Shown piece after piece: positions 31,324-42,793 of a stretch of 64,000 nt of DNA. Made by a program: the position numbers and the translations under genes. Positions within the stretch are counted from its first letter, which is position 1; the number at the start of each line of letters is the position of its first letter. The notes under the pieces were generated by a model. That model worked only from the letters and a program-made list of their open reading frames with translations. It was not told the origin of the DNA and ran no database searches. Source of the DNA: Chlorokybus atmophyticus (Eukaryota > Plantae > Mesostigma and Chlorokybus algae); contig RHPI01000385.1 of the NCBI GenBank assembly GCA_009103225.1, positions 705,479-769,478 of the forward strand, read 5' to 3'.

Positions 31324-33878
31324 CTTGCTCGCTGCCGTGTGCACACACTGCAACAAGGACAATGCTGATGTAAGTCCAGAAGCTTTTTGCGACGTAACAC
31401 AAAAGGATACTACAGCATAGGAAAGCAGCATGTGTATAGCATGCATATCATAAGCATTGCAGCACAGTACCTGCTTGCAAGAAGAGGATGAGAGGAGAGG
31501 AGAGGAGAGGAGAGTTGAGGCTGACGTCAGTTGGAGCTTGATTCTCAATCTCACTGAGATGCAGTAAGCACTCTCTACTACTACTTGCTTCAAGCCTAGC
31601 ACTGGCTAAGCCCTTCCACTTAGCTGCCACTACTAGGCTGAGCCCACCGATGGTGAGTTCTTGGATGCATGTCACAGGCCTCCTGCTGCTTGCTATATAC
31701 TTTGTCATCGGGTGTTGAAGTGGCGTCAAGCGGGGCATCAGCACCAGCGCCCCAATGATGATTGAGGGAGGAAGCGAGCCTATGCAGAGCTGTGCGTGTG
31801 TGTCAGTGTATGTCTGTGTGTGCGGCACAGTGTGTGTGTATGCGAGTGTGTGCGTGTATACACTAACTCTCTCGCCTAACCTAACTGCCACAGACCCCCT
31901 ACAATCAAATTCCTCTTCAGTAAGCTCAGAGAATGTCCTAACTGCCCAAGCGGCGGCGAGCATAGCAGAGGCCGCCGCCACCACCGCCGCTGCCGCCGCC
32001 GCTGCCTGCTCTTCATCATTATCATCACTCCTCCTCATGCCATCATGCACAAGCTCTCGTGTGTGCGTTGTTGGAAAAAGTCAGTGCGCCAATCAATAGA
32101 TGCCTCGGGCTCCTGTGTATGTGATTATAAAACACTAGCTGTACGGTCACTTGCAATCGATTCTGGACACAACAAGTTGCTGCTGCCTCTGATCGTCAGA
32201 TGCAATCAGCGCGCCGCAGTCGGTACCATTGCAGGGTATCTGTGCTAGCATTGTCAGCCGCGGCTTCTCCTCTGCTTTCGTTACATCCAGCCACCGTTTC
32301 TGCAACAGAGTTCCCACACGTACGGAATGACCAGATTTTCCGAGCGTGCAATACCCTTAAAGTCACTACCAACGCCATGTTGAATGAGCCATAGCTCGCG
32401 TTGCCGTACAGCATGCCCTACTGAGAACTGTAATAGAGCCATGCGCTAGTCCCAGAACAGCCAGAATATCCGTAGAGTCGCTCGGTGCCTTTGTCAAGAA
32501 CATCATATGCCGTACAGGTAGACAGCTGCCCCTACTGTAGAGTAGGTGCGCGATGCGGTAGTTTAGGGCCTAGAATAATGCCGCGGCGCTAGCCGCCACA
32601 GCCTGAAGCATGTCAGGTTCTTGGTCGCACGGGCCGCCGCTATGCGCCGCGTCCCTAGAAGGGGGAAAGCCCCGTGTCCGAATAGGTACGCGCATCTGGT
32701 AGGGTCCTACCACATCGCGCGATCACGTAACAGAATTTGGTACCAGACAGCAGACTCCGCACCACCATACTTTGCTTTGTCGCAGACTTTCGTAGCAGCC
32801 AGCGCGTTGCAGCGCCCATACGGCGCCACGTCAGCAGTGGGCCGCGTTGGCACCAAACCACGATCATTATCGCGCGCGCCACTACCACACTATGCGGCAC
32901 GTACGGCCGCTTTTTGCGACAGACAGACACACAAGTGGACGTCTTCGAGGACCGTACAGAATCTGTCACCGGGTCCTCAAGCTGCCCCGGAGAACTGCCG
33001 TGCCGCGCTGGTGGTTGGGGGACAAAACACAGGCCGTTGTCGCTTTTTGCAAGCCCCAAACACTCGCCCCAACACAGACATGCACACGCTCTCTCCTCCT
33101 TGTGAGGGCCAAACAAAGTTTGGCCAAGTTTGCCTGTGCATGGGTTATCCCCGGAGCAAGTGGAGGGAGCACAACGGGCATGGTAGAGGAATATGGTTTA
33201 GTTTGGTTGCAGTTGCTTGTAAGCCATGATGATTTCTTCTCTGAAGCAATCATTCTCCACTGCGCCCCTGCTGGCGCAGCTGTATGAGGGGGTTGTCCAT
33301 GTGGCCAGTTCCATCATCGCTGTCGCTTCGGCCGATGAAGTACCGCTTGAGACTTGTAGTGAGACAGACTTACGTAACTTTGCCTTCTGGTCTGGTCTTG
33401 CTGCTTTGGGGCTGTAACTGCCTTGTCGGAAGTGCGTCACCCTCCCACTTCGGCAGCAGAGTAGAGTCAGTTGCTGCTGTCGAAGTCAGATCAACGCCGA
33501 GTCACGTGGTGACAAAAACGTCCCAACTGCTGCCGCACCTTCCTAGAGGAAGCGGCCTGTGGTGTAGTACAAATGGAGCAGCTGCTGCCTGTACAGATGA
33601 CATGCAAGCTCAAGGTCAGCAGTTGCAGCAGCCGCTTCCTGAGTTGCATCCAACCGCAAGCAGCTGCTTCCAAGCCTATCTAGCCTGCCTCCTTCAGCAG
33701 CTCGGTACGCCTTCTGCTTCTCAGTAAGCAGGCAGTTCTCTCGCCTCTGCCAAGTGCAAGTACTGGTCTGTATGTGTGTGCTCCTGTAGTGTCACACCAT
33801 GCATGCATCTTGACAAACTCTGATGCTTCTGTGCACCATGCACTTACTTACTTGATGTGTGCTTGCAGCTCTTCTTCA

Positions 33879-36460
33879 ATGGCGAGCCAAAGTTGCTGCA
33901 GCACGCCCAGCAAGATGTGCTGGCACTTACTGGTGCTGCCTCTGCTGCTGCTGGCGGCTGCAAGCCAGCTGGCAGCAGCGCAGGCAACAGACTACTCGAC
34001 AGTGCTTTCAAGAGTGAGGCTGGACCACCCGCGCGCAATCGTCACACCAGAAATGCTACCTGGTAAGCAAGCATACTCAGCACTGTTCTGGTAGTGTATC
34101 AGTCAAGTACCCGCTGGTAACCACTATGCTTGTGCTTGTGCTTGTGCATGCGCGTGTGAGACTAAATATTGTCCTTGTGCTGCCACACAGCAATCCGCTC
34201 GTACAACAATGTCAAGAGCAAGATGTGGCTGCTCTGCAAGAGCACCATGACGACCACTAACGCCACTATCGCTACCCCTCGCTCTCCCACTACCAGGTGA
34301 GTCAAGTCTGTAGACGCGCGTCTAGCAAAGTTGCCGCACAACAACTAGTTGGCTGCTATCAACCGCCGTGACTGACCTCTCTTGTGCAGTTACAGCGCCC
34401 GCAACTTTGCGGACCGCATTGCAAGTGTTGCTGGCGGGTACCTCGTGGACTCAGACCCCGCCAAGTTCGCTTACGCGCTCGACGATCTGATGTTCGTCTC
34501 TTCACTCTCTGCTTGGTGAGTTTGCGCGAGCTAAGCTATGCACGCTAAGTGCATGCGTGTCCAAGCCAAGCGAGTGCATCACCAACAACAATTTTGCATG
34601 CGCAGGGGCTCAAGCTTCAACAAGGTTGAGAGCTACCTGGACATTAACAGCTACTTGCTGGCCGCTTCATGGGGCTACGACTGGATGTACAGCAACCTGA
34701 CAGATGCACAGCGCACAACCGTGTGGAATGCAGTGCTCAACAACGCCTTCCTTCCCGTACTCAATGCAACCATGCTGCCCACCCTTGCGGCCCTGGTGAG
34801 TGCTGATTGCTGCAATCTGCATGTGTACATGCTTTCTCTGCTCTAAGCAATGCTGACATAGTCTTGTTGTCCGTGTCCATGCAGGACACCAACGTAGCCG
34901 TCAACTCCCTCACAGGCTACGTTGTAGCAGCACTAGTGTTCGCAGAGCGCGACATGAACATGTGCCAGCAGATACTGGCCATGGCCCTGCCGGGCATCGA
35001 GCTTACGATCCGCAATCTCACCCCAAGCGGCGCCTTCTTTGAAGGCCCATTCTACGGCAGCTACAGCGGCTACAACCTGCCTTTCGCCCTCAGCACTCTC
35101 AAGACTGCTCTCAACTACGACTTTGGTTGGAGCTCCTCACCGGCGCTCATGGTAAGGACAAGAGCAGACTCTTAGCAAGGTTGGACGTGTGCTGACCATT
35201 TACAGTTGCTTATGAGTACATAATGGCACAGGCCGCTGCGTACTTCCGCATCCAATGCTTGAGCCCTACCACCAAAGCTACGTCGTTCACCTTTGCTGAC
35301 GGAGGTGACGTCCTCAACTCGATGCAACTGAACTACTACGCTGCGGCTCAAGTGAACGACTCCTTCATTCCCGCATACGAGTACAACCTCAAGGTCACGG
35401 GCATGTTTTTCCGCGTGTTCTGGACCAACCCCAATGTATTCACGGCAACAGTGCCACCCAACCCACTACCCGTGGATGTGCGCCATATGGGGCTCGAAGT
35501 CGACACCGCATTCATGCGCACAACATGGAACGACACCCTCGCCGCGTATGTTGCCGTGAAGGCTGGGTGGAATCCTGCCCCAAAGGAGAGCACACATGCG
35601 CATCTTGACTTGGGATCGTTCGTGTTTGACAACGACGGCCAGCGCTGGTTCATCGACCTCGGCTATGACAGCTACACCCTGCCTAACTACTTCACGCCCG
35701 GGTACAAGTTTCGCTACAGGTGAGATACTGCCACTTGCGGAGTAGCTGCCGAGTGTTGAGTCTGCTGCCATACTTACTGTGTACCCACCTTGCAGTTACT
35801 ATCGCACACGCACCGAGGCACACAACACGCTGGCGATGAGCAACGCGACGCAAAGCGCCCTGCTGTGTGCGAACCAGGCGCTGGGCGTGAACGCATCGCT
35901 GTCGGTGCCATACTCCACCTCGCAGCGCTCGCACACTATTGTCAATCTCACAGACGCATACAGCGGCGCCATCAGCGTGCGTCGCGGCATTGCACTCCTT
36001 AAAGATGTACCTGCCCCATACGCCCGACTCCTTGTGCAGGACGAGGTGAGCATCCACACAATATATATACGCAATGCAAACCAACACGTACAAGGGTGCA
36101 TGGCGCTGACTTGCCTTTACCTGCACACAGGTGTCGTTTGTAACTCCCATGGATGTCATAAGCATGTTCCACACGCGCGCTACAGTCTCCGTGTCGCTTA
36201 ACGGCACATCCGCCACCCTTACACAGGGGAGTTCGCAGCTGCAGGGGCAAATTCTAAGCCCCGCCAATGCATACTTCACCACCTTCTCCACAGACTCCAG
36301 CGCGATCGGCAGGCGGAACGAGGACCCCAACACGGGTGTCACCAACCTGGTTGTGCGCATGCCCAACCTTTGCACCAACGCAACCATTGCAGTGCTCTGG
36401 TCAAAGACCCTGGCGGATGCGCCCATGCCTGATGTGCAGCCGCTGTCCACGTGGCAGTAG
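33879..36460 (+). CDS. Secreted heparinase II/III-like protein, paralog 2 (8 coding exons)
   Basis: MASQSCC..LLVLPLLLLAAASQLAAAQ signal; motifs RLDHPRAIVT, YLDINSYLLAASWGYDWMY, GAFFEGPFYGSY, HAHLDLGSFVFDNDGQRWFIDLGY, YYRTRTEAHNTL; ends VQPLSTWQ*. Introns are in phase and at the same positions as in paralogs 1 and 3. Confidence 0.85.
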
Positions 36461-37107
36461 TGTGTGCCAGCTTGTGTGGTTGGCCAGATGTAAGGTGAAA
36501 CTCTGCTGGATATGGCAGTGATTTGCGTACCTTGTATCAGTAGCAGTAGCTACCATTCTTGTTGTAGATAGCGCTGTGTTGTTAGATATTATTAGATATC
36601 ATTAAATATTATTGCAGCGCACACTCTGTGCGCTCGTTATTGCTTCAGCTGATGTCTAGTGCTTGCTGCGTATGATAACATGCCCTTGCTTTCTCCAAAC
36701 GCACCTGCTGATGCTTGACGCAATGCAAAGTCGCTGTTGTCCTAGAGCTAAATACTTACGCCAGTTACTGGAATAGCAGCTTGGGATCACTCCAGCACTA
36801 TCCCCAGACACAGTCGAGGGGCAGAGCAGACTGCATATATGCCACTGCACAACAATGCACTGAAGTTTCAGTCAGTTATTAACAATATGCATCAACACAT
36901 GTACACAGCAGGCTTGCTTACCGCACTGCTGTTAGAAATGTTGTTTTGGTGCACTCACACTGGTTGTTTACCAGTGTTGACGGCAACTGTCCACAGTGCG
37001 CAGGTACGCATGCGTGTGCGCACGCGCACATACACACAAGTGCGCATGCACGCACTTATAGATAAGACAAGGCCACCGATTAATATATGCACAAGTTGTG
37101 CATGTAG

Positions 37108-39362
37108 TCACGTTGTCATGGCATCTGCACTAGTTGGATTATCCACAAACGCTGTTCCAGCTGGAAGGGTGCGCAGCAGGATAGCTTCCAGCTCGCGTGC
37201 TCGTTTCCTGCTTGCTTCAATGCATGCCTGACATACATAAACATAAGACGACTGAAACAACCTGTGTGCGCTGCATTCTGCACTGCTGTTGAACTCACCC
37301 TGATCGTAGCTTGTGATGCTCCAGACGCACCACCAGGCTTGTATACTGACCACAAACGGTCGTGTGTGTCAACAACAGTTGTAACCACACAGTCTGCAAA
37401 CGCCTCTTCCTCCGCGCTTACATCAGCCAGCACTTGTCTGTGCAGATGCACACACAAAGCAACACCAAACACAATTAGTCCTTGACGACACTCTGAAGTC
37501 ATTCATGACAACATGAGCACACTCGCAACCAAGCAACACTTGTGTCAACTCATCACGTACCCCTTGTAAAGACTGCATGTAAGTGCATAGGCTGGCGGTC
37601 CTAGCGACAAGCGCTGATGAGTCTTCTGTGCGGCTGGCACGACGTTGCCTTCATCGGTCATGTCAACACTTGGTATTCGCACTGCACGAAAATAAGCGGC
37701 AGAAAATGAAAATGATTGTGGAAAGTGCATGCAAATTGTGCCCAGGATTGCCCCTTACAGTCTGCAAGCGCACAGGTAGCTGCCAGCAATGCAGCATCAA
37801 ACAATGAGCCGTCTGCGTCCAAGCAGTAAAGGTCCTGCAAGCCAGATGGATGGATGAGCATGCAAGACTGCAAGCCCTATGTGCTTGTGCAAAATGAGAC
37901 AACCTTGAAGCTAAGTACGATGGCATCATACATGCTGAGTTGTGTGATAATGGCTGCAACTAACCAGATAGATGACCCATGCAGCTTGACCTTCTGTAAT
38001 GCACAGTTGCTTCATGTCAACCAACTGCATACTGCAAAACAGAGCTGAGCGCAGCTTGAGCAGCAAGGGGGTGAGCAACTGAATTGCTAGGCAACACAAC
38101 CGTATGTGACCATGTTATGCAAGTGACATGAGATGCTGACTCCTCTGTTGACCGACCTGGTCAGCAGACCACCTAGACGGTGTGCGATCGCTGCAGCTTC
38201 CTCAGGCGGCCGGCCTGGTCGCGATCCAGGTGAGCATATGGGAGGCATTTCAAGCGCGACAGCTGCCAGTAGCACAGCTTGTTAGCAGTCTCCCCAGTCA
38301 TCTGGTGGACATGCCATGACAGCTTTCCAGAACAAACGCAATGCAAGACGTCCGCGCAAAGCAATACGTGTATGTCTCCCTGCGTGCATGAGAATGTGCA
38401 TTTGCGCTTGCATGCGTACATGCGTGCCATTGCAACAAAGTGTGCTGCTACAGTTACACATGCTTGCCTATGCGTCCGCAGTCTGGAGTGTCCGCTGGCG
38501 GAACAAAAACTTCTAACTTGATGCCCGCCAGCACTGACTGAAAAGCAGTATGTTACTCGGTAAACATAATACTTGGGCAGGGCAGCTAATAGTACGTGTG
38601 CTCAGTGTTGATATGAAAGCGAGCAAAGCAGAGAGCATACGCACGTACCGTGTTGCCAATCTTGACCAACGCAGAGCCATCGGCAGTTGACACTGTCCCT
38701 AAATAATGCGCCATCGACAGCGTGAGCATGTCAACTGACGGAATGCACATGTGAGTTGTCCCAAGTGCTGCTTGCTTGCAATGAGTCTGTTGAAATGCAA
38801 CCAGGGTGGAGTAGATTATCCTCCCTTGCGCAATGCAATTGTAAAGTCACCTATGCACGCATTGCTGACGACTCAAACTACTGGCAAAGCAAAGCAGAAG
38901 GTAAGCTATACAAAAATTAGTGATTCCTGTGTGCTTGAATTCCAGCAGCTAACTGCGATGTGACGACGTTCGATCTTTGACTTAGCACTGAAATGACTGC
39001 ATTGCACCTCTAAGATTGCTCAACAAGGGCAAAGCTGAACCAGCTGAACTTCTGCCTGTGTTTTGCAAATAGTTAATCGTTCCAATCAACAGCGACTGCA
39101 TGTCCAGTAGCTGTTGCCAAAGCATTCAAGCGTTGGCTGCAGACGGTGTCTTCTACAAATCAATTGCAAATGCTGCTGCATGTACAACGCCGAGCAAATG
39201 GTGTGACAATGATTAGCAAATGCTGGACATGCCTAGTGCAAGAGAGGTTGGGCGGGCTTTGTGCAACGGCCTGCCGTCCGGTCTGACCCCAGCCTCCTGC
39301 ACGAACCGGCTGTACCACTCCTCCGGGTAAACCCTCCTGTAAGCCTCGCCCACCAGCGCCAT
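37108..39362 (-). CDS. RRP43: Exosome core subunit RRP43 (RNase PH fold)
   Basis: MALVGEAYRRVYPEEWYSRFVQEAGVRPDGRPLHKARPT..|GTVSTADGSALVKIGNT; ALEMPPICSPGSRPGRP; DLYCLDADGSLFDAALLA; VLADVSAEEEAF; SVYKPGG. Confidence 0.92.
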
Positions 39363-39497
39363 GCCGGCCGCCGCCGTAGCTAAGCTGAATACTTTGCCAG
39401 TGTAGCGTAGTGGAATTGAGTGGAATATCGCTAACGTGTGCAAGCGGCGGCGGTAGCGGTGGCAACAAGCAGCAGCTAGGTGGACGTGTGCGCCAGC

Positions 39498-42374
39498 ATG
39501 CAGCAGCTGCTGTATGCTTCAGCAAGTTGCGGTACACCTGTAAGGTCCGCTTTCTTTGGGGTTGCGCCCGCCCAGCGGCCTGGGCGACGGTGCAAGCACA
39601 GCTGCTCGGAGCTTAGCGTGCGCAAGGCTGCGGTGAGGTGCTGTGCCCGGCTGTGCCCTGCATGCCATGAGAAACTTCCACTGGTGTTACTGACAAAAGT
39701 AACCACAATTCTTCTTGTGCACGTGCGTATGCTTAACCTTGCTCATTCTTGCGCCATGCTACGCTGAGCATGTTTGCAACCTTGTGTGGGTTGGTGCATA
39801 CCAGCATGCGGCGTGCACATCCTTGCCTGATGTGAGTTTGGGTAGCTCAAGATTACGCCAAGCAGTGTTGTTGGAGCAGTCTTGTTGGAGTGCCCACAGG
39901 AGATTTACATGCTCGGCTTGGTGCCGTGCAGGGCTGTGGCGCAAGCAGGTGGCAGCAGCATGAGGGTGGCTGTGCTGGGCGCTGGTGTCATCGGCGCCGC
40001 CACTGCTTACTTTTTGTCCGAGAAGGGCGCTGAGGTCATTGTAATAGAGAGGCACCAAGTTGCTTGTGCTGCGTCCGGAAAGGTGAGCTAGCTTGGCATA
40101 TCNNNNNNNNNNNNNNNNNNNNNNNNNNNNNNNNNNNNNNNNNNNNNNNNNNNNNNNNNNNNNNNNNNNNNNNNNNNNNNNNNNNNNNNNNNNNNNNNNG
40201 GTCAGTGTCGTCGGGGATGGCCCCCCCCCCCACCTACCTGCCCATATGATTGCCCTCGCCAATCACACGCACACATGCGGGCGTGCATGCACATGCGGGT
40301 ACACACGCGCACGTGCATGAGCACACAAATATACACACGCGCGCGGTCACGCATACAAACAGTGTCTAATCCTGTCACAATCTCGGTGTACAATAAATGG
40401 AGTCTCACACACGAATGCTGCCTGATATTTCAGGCAGGTGGTTTTCTGGCCAAGGATTGGTGCGACGGAAGTCCGGTGGGCCCACTTGCACGAGCAAGCT
40501 TTGATTTGCATGCTGAGGCAAGTATGCATTCCATATGTGGTATGATTGTGGTATAGGCTTCCGACCAGTCATTGACTTGTGTTGTGTATAGCAGCTGCCC
40601 CCACCCCCCGTTGCGCACAATTATGAACACAAAATATGTTGCGTGCCATGCAGCGTCATCTGTGAGTTTGCTTGCCTTGCCTCCGATGCTAATTGTTTTT
40701 GCCTCCGCAGCTTGCTGAGACGCTTGGGGAGGACTATGGCTACCGCAAAGTAACGACTTACAGTGTGGCAGTCGTAGAAGGAGCTCAAGCAAAAGGTACC
40801 CGCTGTGTGATGTACTGCGTTCATTTTTATTGTTGAGTTATGTTTGACTGCAAAGGTTGTTATAACACACTAGTGCTGCAAGGTCTCAGTATCTATCGCG
40901 CTTTTGCATAGCTCGTCGCTCAGTCCCTCAGTCATTGCAGTATGCAGGTAGGAGCAAATCAGCTGCACCCAGTTGGGTTGATGGTCCGGTACAGAAATCA
41001 AACACAATCGGGACTGAAACCAACACTGCGCAGGTAAGTTTCTCGCTTTGGCCGCAGTGATGATATTAGTGCACAGCTCGCAGTTATTGGCTTTGGGCCG
41101 TTGAATACTGTGGGCTCAGTGCGCACTGTGCATCAGGCGTATTGTTGCCATGAGTACAGTTGCATACATGCTTGTTAACCTTGAACCCATTGTTTAGGTT
41201 CATCCAGAGCTGTTTACTAAAGCCCTGATAAGGCGTGCTGAACAAAATGGTGCAACGGTACGCATAGGCGAGGTCAAGGAGTTGAGACTGGGGACGGGAA
41301 TCGAAGGGGCACAGAAGCTTACTGGCGTAGTGGTAGATGACGACATTATTGAAGTCGATGCCGCTGTTGTGGCCATGGGCCCTTGGTCGTCACGGCTGGT
41401 AAGTGATATCAAGCAAGCTTTGAAGGCTGAAGTGTTTGTTTGCGATGCACCTGCTTGGAGTGCGCCACGTGTCTACCTATGAGCGCATGACACATTGCAA
41501 ACAGCACAAGACTACACGAATGACCACTGAACACTCGTGCTTACCGCTTGGCTGTGGGCAGGTCTCAGATATTTGCCAGATAACTGGCCTCAAGGCTCAC
41601 AGCATAGTGCTAGCTCCTAAGGACTCGGGGTCCATCGGCTCGCACGCGCTATTCTTAGCGTACGGCACCAAGGAGGGGCAGGAGTTGGAGCCAGAAATAT
41701 ATCCGCGGCCCAACGGTCAGGTGTACGTGTGCGGCATGTCTGAGGAAGTGCCAGTGCCAGAAGACCCCGCCCAGGTAGTTGTGTATTCATGGAGCAACAT
41801 GCCAATGATAAATACAGCTTGTTAGGGCAAGTTGCAATGAATCTCAATGAATGCACACACATTTGACAGTGCTATCCTTGCAAGTTGATGACACTGCTTC
41901 AACAGGTTGCTGTGTGTGCATCACGGGCTACTGTACCGGCATGTATACTGACTAACTTGCAGGTGCTGCCAACCAAAGGCAAGTGCGAGAAGCTTCAGCA
42001 AATCGCAAGTGTTGTCTCCAGCGAGTTGGGCGTTGCTGAAGTGGAGCGGCAGCAGGCATGCTTCTTACCAATATCAGAGGATGGAGTTCCGCTCATCGGC
42101 GCTGTGCCTGGGTTGGAAGGCACGGCGATTAGCTTTTCTGAAACCTTACTGGCATGCAGGCCAGCCAAGGCAGAAGCTTGCCTCTGATATTGCGCTTACC
42201 TTCGCAGGGGTGTACGTTGGCACGGGGCATTCTTGTTGGGGCATCTTGAACGGTCCGGCAACAGGAAAGTCGTTGGCGGAGCTCATTGTGGATGGGAAGT
42301 CCTCTACTGTCAATCTCAAAGCGTTTGACCCGGCTCGCTTCACACGGCGGTTTGCAACACCGTTTGCACATTGA
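39498..42374 (+). CDS. FAD-dependent oxidoreductase, DAO family (yeast TDA3-like), with a possible plastid transit peptide
   Basis: Motifs MRVAVLGAGVIGAATAYFL (GxGxxG; ATG 39960), ACAASGK|AGGFLAKDWCDG, VVAMGPWS, EPEIYPRPNG, QACFLP..DGVPLIG, GTGHSCWGILNGPATG. An upstream in-phase exon MQQLLYASASCGTPVRSAFFGV.. from 39498 is tentative. Confidence 0.85.
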
Positions 42375-42793
42375 GGTTATGCAATAGCCGTGACACTGGA
42401 GGTGCTGTAGATAGGTTGTTGTAGCACTGTTTGTTGACCTTCTCAACAATGACAATATGTGCAGATATGTTTCACATGCATGTATCTAGACTCCGTCAGC
42501 GCAGCATGGATTGCAACTCAATTTCAATTCAGTTTTGAAAGTCCTCATGTTGCAGATTGAGACAGGTACACGAGCGTCTGTGGTGTGACATCGAAGTATT
42601 TCAACCAACCAGTTTGCTGCCAACATGGTCAGATATTGCAACAAGCACTCCGCTTGTTTGTGTGTCGTCATTTATCTAACTGTAAAAGCATAACTTGTGT
42701 GCTTATATATGCCAGAGAGAAGGCTCTGTCTCCAGGTCAGTGCTGCTGAGTTGCGTATGTGCAATGTGCAGCATACTATGGGTGTGAGCACTA

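Noticed and set aside
40200-40221. 22-bp exact match to 51259-51280 (Lon-N start region)
   Set aside because: It abuts an N-gap and a poly-C run. A gap-filling or scaffolding artefact is more likely than a biological repeat; raw reads would settle it.
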